From contig JBGUNJ010000204.1 of the NCBI GenBank assembly GCA_045117315.1, forward strand, positions 4,378 to 68,377: 64,000 nucleotides of DNA, in the 5' to 3' direction. Shown here in pieces: positions 18,448-28,129 of this stretch. The translations under genes were made by a program, and so were the position numbers. Position 1 is the stretch's first letter; every line of letters begins with the position of its first letter. Under the pieces are notes generated by a model. It saw only the letters and a list, made by a program, of their open reading frames with translations, was not told the DNA's origin and did no database searches. The stretch comes from Lachnospiraceae bacterium. GTDB taxonomy: Bacteria; Bacillota; Clostridia; Lachnospirales; Lachnospiraceae.

Positions 18448-20301
18448 ATGAGCAGCTATCAGAAATATCCTTCCACGTATGTGAAGACACATGACGGTGA
18501 GCTCCTGGCAGGTTATGACGCCATCACAGGGCGGATTCGGCAGGAATATGAGGCATTTGAGAGCAGCGGAAAAAAAGATTATCTGATCGCCATAGACACC
18601 TATCCCGGAGTCTGCGATGAGGAGGTCCTGGAAGCACTGAAGGGGCTTCCCTGCAGCAGCCTTTTTGACATGCAGACTGTTTTCCGTGAAGAAGAGGAAC
18701 TGGCGGAGCAGCTGAAATATCATCTCACTGACGACCGCGTCTTCGGAAGGATGTTCTTTGGGGAGCTCGAAGACCTCATGGATCCCGGCCGGCTTGCCAA
18801 AATGCGGGAAGATGTGAAGACAGCAGAGGGTCTGTCTATTGTCTACGGATTCGGCGCCTTTCTGGCGGCGCCTCCGGCGCAGGGACAGGCCGTATTGCCA
18901 ACCGGAGCCGTCGTGGACAAGGCTGGCGGAGAGACTGAAGACAGCACCGGATCGCCAGCCTCTGCAGCTGACGATTTCCGCCATCCTGACCTCTGCCTCT
19001 ATCTGGACATGGCCCGCTGGGAGATCCAGCTCCGCTACCGCAAAGGCATGCCCAATTACAACTGCACCAATTACGACGAAGATATACTGCGCAAATTCAA
19101 AAGGGGATATTTTATCGAATGGCGGGTTGCGGACAAGCACAAAATGCACTGGTTTGATCAGGTCGATTATTTTATTGATACCAACTGCGCCGGTCAGCCT
19201 AAAATGGTGCCCGGTCAGGCCATCCGCGATGCCCTGCGGGAGCTCACCGGGCGCCCTTTCCGCACTGTTCCCTATTTTGATCCCGGCGTCTGGGGCGGAC
19301 AGTGGATGAAAGAAGTCTGCGGACTGGACAAAAGCAAGCCCAATTACGCCTGGAGTTTTGACGGAGTCCCCGAGGAGAATTCCCTGCTTCTGGACTTTGG
19401 CAGCGGGATCTTCGAACTGCCGGCCATGGACCTGGTCCTGGCATACCCCAGGCAGCTGCTGGGCGAAAAGGTCTACTCCCGGTTCGGTGCCGAATTCCCC
19501 ATCCGTTTTGACTTTTTGGACACGATCGGCGGCCAGAACCTGTCGCTCCAGGTCCATCCCGTGACCGATTATATCCGCCGCCAATTCGGCATGGCCTACA
19601 CCCAGGATGAGAGTTATTACATCCTTGACGCCGCGGAAGACGCCTCCGTCTACCTGGGACTGGCGCAGGACGCCGATCCGTGGCAGATGTTCGCGGAACT
19701 GGAGCGGGCCAACCGCGGAGAGTGCCTGTTTGACGCGGAAAAATACGTCAACCGCTTCTCTGCCAGAAAACATGATCATTTCCTGATTCCTGCGGGAACC
19801 TGCCACGGAGCCGGCTCCGGCACCATGGTGCTGGAGATCAGCGCGACGCCCTACATTTTCACATTTAAACTATGGGACTGGGGGCGCCTGGGACTTGACG
19901 GAAAGCCCCGCCCCGTCCATCTGGAACACGGACGGCAGGTGCTGCAAACGGACAGAAAATATGAATGGGTAAAAAAGAACCTCATCAACGCAGTCCATAT
20001 AGTTAACGATAATGACGATTATACAGAGGAGCATACAGGTCTCCATGAACTGGAATTCATCGAGACCCGCCGTTACACGATCCGCGGCAAGGCAGACCTG
20101 GACACAGAGGGCAGCGTCAACATGCTGAACCTGGTGGAGGGAAGTGCGGCAGTGATCGAGAGCTCCGCCGGCGGATTTGAACCCTACACAGTCCACTATG
20201 CCGAGACATTTATCCTGCCTGCGAAGGCGGGACCCTTTACCATCCGCCCAGCCAATAAGGACGAAAGGATCATCGTTATACGGGCCTATGTCAGAACCTG
20301 A
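18448..20301 (+). CDS. Class I phosphomannose isomerase-like protein (long Firmicute form)
   Basis: Cupin-type motifs LSLQVHP, DESYYILDA and HFLIPAGTCHGAGSGTMVLEISATPY are present. Start at ATG 18448 is preceded by ggagaacagga. Confidence 0.7.
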   Translation: MSSYQKYPSTYVKTHDGELLAGYDAITGRIRQEYEAFESSGKKDYLIAIDTYPGVCDEEVLEALKGLPCSSLFDMQTVFREEEELAEQLKYHLTDDRVFGRMFFGELEDLMDPGRLAKMREDVKTAEGLSIVYGFGAFLAAPPAQGQAVLPTGAVVDKAGGETEDSTGSPASAADDFRHPDLCLYLDMARWEIQLRYRKGMPNYNCTNYDEDILRKFKRGYFIEWRVADKHKMHWFDQVDYFIDTNCAGQPKMVPGQAIRDALRELTGRPFRTVPYFDPGVWGGQWMKEVCGLDKSKPNYAWSFDGVPEENSLLLDFGSGIFELPAMDLVLAYPRQLLGEKVYSRFGAEFPIRFDFLDTIGGQNLSLQVHPVTDYIRRQFGMAYTQDESYYILDAAEDASVYLGLAQDADPWQMFAELERANRGECLFDAEKYVNRFSARKHDHFLIPAGTCHGAGSGTMVLEISATPYIFTFKLWDWGRLGLDGKPRPVHLEHGRQVLQTDRKYEWVKKNLINAVHIVNDNDDYTEEHTGLHELEFIETRRYTIRGKADLDTEGSVNMLNLVEGSAAVIESSAGGFEPYTVHYAETFILPAKAGPFTIRPANKDERIIVIRAYVRT

Positions 20302-20317
20302 TAGGACGCTCCGATGC

Positions 20318-20510
20318 AGTAAGGACCTGAGAGGACAAACCTATGTCGGGAGAACCTGAGAGGATTAGTCAATCCTGGAAGAGCCTGAGAGTTCAAACAA
20401 TCTTAGACGGACCGGGCGGACGCACCAATGCCGGAAGAGTCTTAGGGGACGCACCAATGCCGGAAGAGGCTTAGGGGACGATCTATTGCCGGGAGAGAAG
20501 AACATGAGAG
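20318..20510. repeat. Imperfect tandem repeats (aacctgagagga units; gacgcaccaatgccggaagag(t/g)cttagggga twice)
   Basis: Direct reading between the isomerase-like stop and the next start. Confidence 0.8.
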
Positions 20511-20519
20511 GACAAACTA

Positions 20520-21233
20520 ATGATAGACATTCATTCCCACATTATTCCCAGAGTTGATGACGGCTCGGGCAGCATAGAAGAATCCCTGAAAATGCTGCGC
20601 AGTGCAGTAAGGCAGGGCGTCACCGCGATCATGGCGACTTCCCACAGTGACGCCTTCCTGTTTAATGCAAATCTGGTGTCCGTAAAGTATAAACTTCTTC
20701 AGGATGCGGTAAAAGAGAAAGGAATTCCCATCACCCTGGGATTTGGCACGGAACTCTACTGCTCAGTCCGATATATCGAAGAGAACCTGGAGCTTCTGAA
20801 TTCCGGAACATATCCGACCATGAACGGCACTGATTACGTCTTGGCTGAATTCAGCACACGAGTATCAGAAGAAAACGCGGTATTTTGCCTTACCAGGCTG
20901 CAGGAAGGCGGCTACAGGCCCATCCTGGCCCACGCCGAGCGCTGCGCTTTTATCGATGAGCACGCAGCTGACAGTCTTCGCGAGCGGGGAATCTTCTTCC
21001 AGATCAACGTCTACAGCGTCAAAGAGGAAAAAGACGCAGCCATCAGAAACCGGGCAAATATGCTGCTGCGGAAGGGACTGGCGGACTTCGCCGGATCGGA
21101 TGCCCACAGGATGATCCACCGGCCGCCTGCCTACACCGAAGGCATTAAGCATATGTACCGCGAATATGACCATGATTACATCGACAAGGTCCTGATCCAC
21201 AATCCTCAAAAATGTTTTTTTGAAATAGGGTAG
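20520..21233 (+). CDS. CpsB/YwqE-type PHP-family protein-tyrosine phosphatase
   Basis: N-terminal MIDIHSHIIPRVDDGSGSIEESL is the hallmark of the manganese-dependent CpsB family. The 237-aa size fits. Confidence 0.8.
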   Translation: MIDIHSHIIPRVDDGSGSIEESLKMLRSAVRQGVTAIMATSHSDAFLFNANLVSVKYKLLQDAVKEKGIPITLGFGTELYCSVRYIEENLELLNSGTYPTMNGTDYVLAEFSTRVSEENAVFCLTRLQEGGYRPILAHAERCAFIDEHAADSLRERGIFFQINVYSVKEEKDAAIRNRANMLLRKGLADFAGSDAHRMIHRPPAYTEGIKHMYREYDHDYIDKVLIHNPQKCFFEIG

Positions 21234-21318
21234 AGGGGACTGTGCCGTCCTTTGCCCCACGACCGGCCAGTGTCCGCCGCAAGGCGGCAAATATATTTCA
21301 CGGGCCCTATCATAAAAC

Positions 21319-21353
21319 AGCCCGGCCGGTTTTCTGCCCGGCCGGGCTTTTCC
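21319..21353. terminator. Bidirectional rho-independent terminator between convergent genes
   Basis: AGCCCGGCCGG (21319-21329), an 8-nt loop and CCGGCCGGGCT (21338-21348) form a perfect 11-bp stem. AAAAC flanks it on the left and TTTTCC on the right. Confidence 0.85.
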
Positions 21354-21377
21354 TGCAAAATATTGACAGCCTCAATC

Positions 21378-22088
21378 TTAACGTTCAAGAGTGCCGTCCC
21401 TCCAAATGCTAAAATACTCGCTCCAATCTGAAAAATAGTAATTGGAACCGACCTTTTTATAAGTCCGGATCCATACCCTGTATCTGTAGGCGGTAGAAGA
21501 GATTTTTATCTTGTGTGTGGTTGCGCGGGCATTTTTGATTCTGACACGATTTAAATTCGGACTGAGGTGAGGATATCTTGCTCCGCTGTAGGTAATCTGG
21601 TAACCGCTTGTCTGCTTGCTTTGCCTCTTCCAGCATACGGTCATGATGGAACCGTTGCGTTTCAGCAATGTCAGTGCGGTCGGTTTGGGCTTGATTATGA
21701 AAGTCTTTGTGATTGTACCAGTGTACTTGCCCCTGCCCCGGATGATCATCGTTGCCCTGCCAACATTTATGTTTGATTTGTAGCTGATTTTGTAATCAGT
21801 GCCTTTTCTCAGCGTCCTGCTCCCCAGTTTCACAACAGGATTCTGGGTCAGCGCCTTACCGGTCCAGGTCCTGCACTTGAGTCCTGTCACCTTCGCATTC
21901 GAGATAGATGTGGCTGCAGCCAGGCTGATGGAATCAGCGGCCCCGACCTGCGTGCCGCCGGCAAATACCGCACAGGGATATAACGCGACAGCCGAAACAG
22001 CGATGACCAGCGTCAGGAACCAGGCGGTCAGCCTTTTTTTGCAAAGCCCTTTCACTTCTTTTGAACGATCATAGATTTTTGTCTCCAT
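21378..22088 (-). CDS. Secreted/cell-surface protein, function unknown
   Basis: A signal-peptide-like N-terminus (LTAWFLTLVIAVSAVALYPCAVFA) is followed by a WTGKALTQNPVVKLGSRTLRKGTDYKISYKSNINVGRATMIIRGRGKYTGT module. That module is typical of clostridial surface proteins. Confidence 0.6.
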   Translation of the reverse strand: METKIYDRSKEVKGLCKKRLTAWFLTLVIAVSAVALYPCAVFAGGTQVGAADSISLAAATSISNAKVTGLKCRTWTGKALTQNPVVKLGSRTLRKGTDYKISYKSNINVGRATMIIRGRGKYTGTITKTFIIKPKPTALTLLKRNGSIMTVCWKRQSKQTSGYQITYSGARYPHLSPNLNRVRIKNARATTHKIKISSTAYRYRVWIRTYKKVGSNYYFSDWSEYFSIWRDGTLER

Positions 22089-22113
22089 AATGCCTCCCTA
22101 TAGAAAAATTGAA

Positions 22114-22220
22114 TCTGCCGAAAACACTACGACTGCTGCAAAATGCTTAAATCTCCCTCCGTGGAAAATATGAAAACCCGGGTCTGCTGAAAACACTGTG
22201 ACTGCTGCAAAATGTTTAAA
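22114..22220. repeat. Two copies of a 38-bp element (tctgc(c/t)gaaaacact..gactgctgcaaaatg.ttaaa) with a 69-bp period
   Basis: Direct reading at 22114-22151 and 22183-22220. Confidence 0.85.
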
Positions 22221-22602
22221 ACCTAAATATATTATATCACAGTTTTTATTTTGAAATACGGTAAATAGAACTTGAAAAAACGTTTAAAATCCATGGCGAT
22301 TTCCTGACAATTCTTCTGATGATATTCCATTGAATGTAAAAGTAACTGCCAGATTTCGAGAGTAGTTGTAAGGAAAAACTTGCAGTTAAAAATACAATTA
22401 ACCAACCCCCCTGACCCGTATTGAGGGAAGATTTTGGGACTTATTCGCGTTCTATAATCGTATCATCAACAGGCAGCTCTCTATATCTATACCCATTTTT
22501 ATCTGTTTTGACAGCTTCTGACAGCCAATTCCCACCTTTGTGGTGGGAATGGACAAAAGCCGGAGATGATATAATCCACTTTATGTGAGCGGAGGTGTCG
22601 AT

Positions 22603-23178
22603 ATGACGATTATAGACAAACTCAATAAGGACGATATATTTGCGGAAGATGAGTATTTGAGGCTGAGAAAACTGACTTCTGAGGACCGTGCGGATTACTT
22701 CCGGGTACTGAAGCAGGTCAGCCCCGTTCCCGAAATCTTCAACCTGGACGGCTTTGAAGATCTTTTGTGGAAAGAGACCCTTTCTTCCAACACAGAGATG
22801 GCTCTGGCGATCGAGAAAAAAGGACCCGCTTATGTCGGGGAGTGCATGGTGAAAAACCCGGAACCCGGTATCCTGGAGCTGGGGGTAGACGTCGGGACAG
22901 AATACCAGAAAAGGGGGATCGGAACCAGGGCCATGCGTCTTCTGATTACCGGAATCCGACAGCGCTGCCCCGGCTGCAGACTCATCGCCAGGATTTACTC
23001 TGACAATGTGAAAAGCATTCATATCATCCGGAAGCTGGGTGGCATGAAGATTGCCGAGGAACCCGGCGAATATAAGGAAGCGGCTGCCGTAGCCGCTGCT
23101 GCCGGCAGGCAGAGCAAGCCTTCCTCACCAGGTCTCCCCGGCAGCGTCCATATAGAGGTGTTTGAGATTCTGCCATGA
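22603..23178 (+). CDS. GNAT family N-acetyltransferase
   Basis: QKRGIGTRAMRLLI is the acetyl-CoA-binding Q/RxxGxG/A motif. Start at ATG 22603 is preceded by ggaggtg. Confidence 0.7.
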   Translation: MTIIDKLNKDDIFAEDEYLRLRKLTSEDRADYFRVLKQVSPVPEIFNLDGFEDLLWKETLSSNTEMALAIEKKGPAYVGECMVKNPEPGILELGVDVGTEYQKRGIGTRAMRLLITGIRQRCPGCRLIARIYSDNVKSIHIIRKLGGMKIAEEPGEYKEAAAVAAAAGRQSKPSSPGLPGSVHIEVFEILP

Positions 23179-23239
23179 ACCGTCACCTCCATATGGCAGA
23201 GCGAATCCTATAGATATAGTCCTCTGTTGCTTTGGCAGC

Positions 23240-23410
23240 CCCGGCAGCCTCTTCAGATCCGGAAAACCATAAAAACCCCGGCAGCCCTTCAGATCCGGAA
23301 AACCATAAAACCCCGGCAGCCCCTTCAGATCCGGAAAACCATAAAAACCCCGGCAGCCCCTTCAGATTCGGTAAACCAGAAAACCCCGGCAGCCCCTTCA
23401 GATCCGAAAT
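23240..23410. repeat. ~36-bp tandem repeat, about 4.5 copies (ccccggcagccccttcagatccggaaaaccataaaaa)
   Basis: Direct reading. Units are contiguous, with no unique spacers between them. Confidence 0.9.
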
Positions 23411-23569
23411 AATCCAACTGGAGATTGTTCACACAAAAAGTCACTATTCCGGCCACGATTGCTCCAAAAGAATGTAGAAGGATGGAGCAGAAAATGGTAC
23501 ACTATTATAGTTGGATAATTTGCTGACTTTATTGAAATAAGAACAAAGAAAAGGATAGGAGGATTAAGC

Positions 23570-23767
23570 ATGACGGTCTCTTATGGTGGATTATGGAAAT
23601 TATTAAAAGAGAACGGATTACGCAAACAAAATCTGGTCGATGACGTGGGAATCAGCCCTGTGACAGTGTCCAAAATGGGCAAGGGAAAACTGGTGACAGA
23701 CAAGGTCATTGACCGCATCTGTGAATATCTGGACTGCGAGCCCAGGGACATCATAGAGATTGAGTAA
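23570..23767 (+). CDS. Small XRE/Cro-like helix-turn-helix transcriptional regulator
   Basis: This 65-aa protein has LRKQNLVDDVGISPVTVSKMGKGKLVTDKVIDRICEYLDCEPRDIIE, the typical short HTH-regulator layout. RBS aggagga lies upstream. Confidence 0.7.
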   Translation: MTVSYGGLWKLLKENGLRKQNLVDDVGISPVTVSKMGKGKLVTDKVIDRICEYLDCEPRDIIEIE

Positions 23768-23787
23768 TCTTGAGTCTTGTATATTAA

Positions 23788-25752
23788 CTCAGACAAAGCA
23801 TTCAAATACTGAAAGCCGGGGATTCCGAAACTCCGGACGATACTGGTGTCCCGGCAGATGAGACAGCCTCCTTCGATGGTCCCATCGATGAAACGGAAGA
23901 TGTTTCCTCCGATATCACTGACGACGGAGATATGGTCTCTGATGAGATGCCCGGCGCAGATCAGGAAACGGAAGAGGTCCCTGCTCCTGTTCAGGAAGAC
24001 AATGCTTTTACAGAAGATCAGACAGCCACGGAGGAGTCTGCTGAATTCCTGACAGAGGAGCCTGCCGAATTCCTGACAGAGGAACCTGCCGAATTCCTGA
24101 CAGAGGACCCTGCTGCTGTTGCGGACCCTGCACTGGCAGATGATGATGCAGCACAGACCGCAGATACCGGAATCTCAGAGGAAGCGGATACTGAAGAAAC
24201 TGTTTCCGAAGAGCAGAAGGCTGAAGGTGAGGCGGACTTTAATCCGATCACCCTGGACTACACATCGGTGGACCTGCTGATTGGACATCAAAGGACGTTC
24301 AATATAAAGTGGGACGAGTCAGGTCCCGATAATCATGAACTTATTGATATTATAGACTCAGATACCGATGGCATAATAGAGTTTACAGCTTTTCAATATA
24401 CCTCCTTCGAGATCCGGGCTAAGAAAGTGGGAAGCACATTACTAACGATTAACGGAAATGAGGGCACTGTTCTCAAACTCCAGATCAATGTATTCTCCTG
24501 CCTTGCAAAAGACTCTGTGACGGTAAAAGCGGAGTATAAGACAAAAGTGTCTATGTATGAGGACTACTTCACCGGATCGTGGGAACATCCCTACGATAAG
24601 CGTTATTCTGTTTCTACATCGAATAAAAATATCGCAACGGCCGCATTGGAAATGGATAAAAGTGATTATCGTTATTATCTGATCATCACGGGGGTCGGTG
24701 TCGGAAACGCGGTTATTTCAGTTACAAGTGACAGGACCCAAGGTACCAGTACAATCTCGGTCAAGGTGGAAAAACCCACATTCAGTCTGAATGCTACAGA
24801 TATCAATATACAGGCGTCGGATGTATATGACCTGAAATCCTCCGGAAGTAATATCAAGACTGCCACGAGCTCCAATACAAGCATTCTTACTGTGGAAAAA
24901 ACCGGAGACAAAACGGTCCGGCTGAAACCGGTCAAGCCGGGAAAAGCAACAGTTACAGTCAAAAATTATTTCGGTGACGTAAAAAAAGCAACAGTTACTG
25001 TCACCACCTTCCTCAGGTTTAAGAGCATGGTCCTGACCGCCGGAGTAGAAAGGGAACTTTCTGAAGCCAGTATATTCAGTGCTTCTGACTATCAGAAGTG
25101 GGGAAAAAACTTCACTGTCTCCAATAAAAATATTGCGACAGTAAGCGGAAAAACCAGTAAAAACTCCTATAAATTCAAAGGACAATATCCCGGCAAGACC
25201 ACTATTACTGTGAAATGCGGAAAAACGGGTGCCACTGTACCCATTGCTGTCACTGTAAAAGCACCTGCCTTTAATCTGAGCGCTTCAAAGGTCACGATCG
25301 ACAAGGTGAAGACCTGGCAGGTCACATCCTCGGGGAGCGATATCGGAAAGGTATCCAGTTCCAACACAGGGATACTGAAAGTCAAAAAAGTCAGTTCCAG
25401 GAAAGTACAGCTCATACCTGTTGGTCATGGAACAGCAACTGTGACGATCACAAGCATCTATGGTGTTAAACGCACCGTCACAGCTGCAGTTTCCTACAAC
25501 TATTTTAAAGCCCTTTTGACCGCCAAAACCAGGCCGGACTCCGTAACTCATGGTTCTAAGATTCTGACTGGAAAGACAGCCCCCTCAGCGACAGTGAGCG
25601 TGCCCATTGGAGGATAGACATACACCTGCAAGGTGGATTCCTCCGGAAACTACGTGATCCGGAACATACCGGCTGTAAAAGCCGGGGCAAAACTGAAACT
25701 GACATTCAAACTGGAAGGCGTATCCATTACCAAAACTGTAACAGTTAAATGA
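23788..25752 (+). pseudogene. Surface protein with Ig-like (Big_2-type) repeats; 5'-truncated and interrupted by an in-frame TAG
   Basis: The frame is open from 23788 with acidic linker sequence, but has no signal peptide or credible start before ATG 23932. TAG at 25615-25617 is followed in frame by 44 more codons (TYTCKVDSSGNYVIRNIPAVKAGAKLKLTFKLEGVSITKTVTVK*), ending at 25752. Confidence 0.6.
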
Positions 25753-25874
25753 TCAAATTCAAACGCGTCCTCTAATGCCAGCCTCTCATTTGATGAGAAT
25801 GGTAAGGTAGATGATTGGTCAATCTATAATTATTGATCCTTACAGAAAAGTATCTTTGTTATCAATATAAAACC

Positions 25875-25917
25875 ACAGGTGAGTCAGGAGATATTCCATA
25901 TCTCCTGACTCACCTGT
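25875..25917. repeat. Perfect 20-bp inverted repeat with a 3-nt loop
   Basis: ACAGGTGAGTCAGGAGATAT-TCC-ATATCTCCTGACTCACCTGT. The T-run (ggttttatatt) is present only when it is read on the minus strand. Confidence 0.9.
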
Positions 25918-26003
25918 AACCTATAATCCATAACCAATAATCAATCATTTTTGATCAATAACCCATACACCGCAACCATTGCCTTAAAAAACGGAGCCTC
26001 ACT

Positions 26004-26480
26004 ATGCACAGAATCGCCGTCATATCCGATACACACAACCTGCTTCGCCCGGAGGTGCTTGACATCATCAAGACCTGCGAGCTCGTTCTGCATGCCGGCG
26101 ACATCTCCAGACAGGACATACTGGACACGCTACAGGACTTGAAAAAGGTATACGCCGTTCGCGGCAATAACGACAGGGGAGGCTGGACAGCAGACATTCC
26201 CTGTTTTCTTGACTTTAATCTATTCGGATGCAGGATTTACATGACCCATATCAAGAGGAATATCCCCGATGATCATGGGGCGAATCTGGTGATCAGCGGT
26301 CACAGCCATCGGTATTCCTGCGTGCAGGATGGAGACACCATTTATCTGAATCCAGGCAGCTGCGGACCCCGCAGATTCAACCAGGACATCACCATGGCGA
26401 TCCTGACGATAGACGAGGAGAAAAAAACTCCGGGATCAGGTGCATCTATTTCCATTGAGCGGATAGACATTCCGCATTGA
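26004..26480 (+). CDS. YfcE/MJ0936-type metallophosphoesterase
   Basis: MHRIAVISDTHN, HAGDI, GNND and SGHSH metallophosphoesterase motifs occur in order. The protein is 158 aa. Confidence 0.8.
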   Translation: MHRIAVISDTHNLLRPEVLDIIKTCELVLHAGDISRQDILDTLQDLKKVYAVRGNNDRGGWTADIPCFLDFNLFGCRIYMTHIKRNIPDDHGANLVISGHSHRYSCVQDGDTIYLNPGSCGPRRFNQDITMAILTIDEEKKTPGSGASISIERIDIPH

Positions 26481-26579
26481 GGTTTAAAACTCCGGGATCA
26501 GGTGCATCTATTTCCATAGAGCGGATAGACATTCCGCATTGAGGTTTTGAGCAGATCCACATTCCGCACTGAGGTTTCC
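26425..26579. repeat. 61-bp tandem duplication (2 copies plus a partial third) of the 3' end of the metallophosphoesterase gene
   Basis: aaactccgggatcaggtgcatctatttccattgagcggatagacattccgcattgaggttt at 26425-26485 repeats at 26486-26546. A diverged partial copy runs to about 26579. Confidence 0.9.
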
Positions 26580-26584
26580 AATTC

Positions 26585-28129
26585 ATGATTTTCAAGCAGA
26601 TATTCAGAATAAAGGCAGTACTGGCGTGCCTGGCCGCGCTGGCGATAATGATCTGCCTGCTTCCCGCCGCGGTCAGCGCGGCGCCTGATCAGGGTCCCAT
26701 TCCGGAATACACGGAATTTGAACAGCTGAGCGGGTGCAACATAGGCATGATCACCGGTGCTCCCTTTGAAGAACTGGTCAAAAGCAAGATCCCGGACGCA
26801 GGACCGGTCCTTTACTACAATTCCCCGGCGGATATGGTGACAGCTCTTAAAGCCGGGAAAGTGGAAGCCTATTTTAATAGCAATGCGGTCGGTTCCCTGC
26901 AGGTCAACCAGGACAGCTCTCTGGCGATTTTTCCCCATAGCCTGGGCGAGACAAATTTCGGATTCGCCTTTAAAAAGAACAGCAAAGAGCGTCAGAGATG
27001 GGAGAGGGCTTTCAGTACTATTTCTGAAGAAGAAAAACAGAAGATATGGGAAAAATGGACCGGCGCGGATGAAAGCGTCAAGGTCCTTCCCGAACAGGAC
27101 TGGCCGGGAACTGCCGGCACTGTCAAAGTCGCCGCCTGCGACACCCTTCCTCCCATGAGCTACCGCGGCCCGGGCGGAAAACTGGTCGGATTTGATATGG
27201 AGATCATTCTACGGATGGCTAAGGAACTGGACGTGCATGTCGAGTTCAAGGGGATGGAGTTTTCAGCCGTCCTGCCCTCTGTAGAATCAGGAATGGCCCC
27301 GATGGGAACGGGGTCAATTGTTGTGTCTCCCGAGCGAAAGGAAGTCGTTGATTTTATAGAATATCACCCCGCCTCCTATGTCCTGATCGTCCGCTCCCTG
27401 GGGAATGAAGAGACAGGCGTTGGATTCTTTGCAGGTCTGAAACAGAGCTTTTACAGGACTTTTATCAAAGAAAATCGCTATCGCCTGGTGCTCTCAGGAT
27501 TTCTGACTACTCTCATAACCTCCTTTATGTCCGGCATCTTCGGGCTGATCCTGGCCTTCTGCCTGGTCTTTCTGCGCCACAAAGACAAGGGCCTGATCAA
27601 TCGCCTGATCGGTATCTACACCAGCCTTGTAGCAGGGATACCGGCGGTCGTCATTCTCATGGTTCTCTACTACATTGTATTCGGGAAATCAGGCCTTTCC
27701 GCGATCATAGTTGCCATCATCGGATTCTCGATCATCTTCGCCGCCCGCGCATTCGGTGTGATCTGGAACACGCTTGAAGGGATCGACCCAGGACAAAGAG
27801 AGGCGGCGCTGGCGCTTGGCTACACGGAAGCCCGGGCTTTTAGGGAACTTATCCTGCCTCAGGCCCAGCGGGGCTACAGACCTCTGCTCGTCGCGCAGTT
27901 TGTCTCCCTTGTCAAGGAGACCAGCATAGCGGGCTACATCACCGTCGTGGAACTCACCCGTGCCGGCGACCTGATCCGCAGCAGGACCATGGAGGCCTTC
28001 TTCCCCCTGCTGTCGATCGCCCTGATCTACTTTGTCCTGATCTGGCTTCTGGAAAGGATAGCCGGGCTGTTGGACAAACACCTGGCAAAGAAACACGAAG
28101 AACGAAAGATCAAGGGGGTGGATGCATGA
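26585..28129 (+). CDS. Fused substrate-binding protein / permease of a polar amino-acid ABC transporter
   Basis: A signal-like N-terminus and a periplasmic-binding-protein-like half (VAACDTLPPMSYRG..GKLVGFDMEI) are followed by a permease half with the EAA-type loop (EAALALGYTEARAFRELILPQA). Confidence 0.75.
   Translation: MIFKQIFRIKAVLACLAALAIMICLLPAAVSAAPDQGPIPEYTEFEQLSGCNIGMITGAPFEELVKSKIPDAGPVLYYNSPADMVTALKAGKVEAYFNSNAVGSLQVNQDSSLAIFPHSLGETNFGFAFKKNSKERQRWERAFSTISEEEKQKIWEKWTGADESVKVLPEQDWPGTAGTVKVAACDTLPPMSYRGPGGKLVGFDMEIILRMAKELDVHVEFKGMEFSAVLPSVESGMAPMGTGSIVVSPERKEVVDFIEYHPASYVLIVRSLGNEETGVGFFAGLKQSFYRTFIKENRYRLVLSGFLTTLITSFMSGIFGLILAFCLVFLRHKDKGLINRLIGIYTSLVAGIPAVVILMVLYYIVFGKSGLSAIIVAIIGFSIIFAARAFGVIWNTLEGIDPGQREAALALGYTEARAFRELILPQAQRGYRPLLVAQFVSLVKETSIAGYITVVELTRAGDLIRSRTMEAFFPLLSIALIYFVLIWLLERIAGLLDKHLAKKHEERKIKGVDA

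Noticed and set aside
23240-23410. ~36-bp repeats that might be mistaken for a CRISPR array
   Set aside because: The units are directly contiguous, with no unique spacers between them. There are no cas genes nearby. This is a plain tandem repeat like the many others in the core region.
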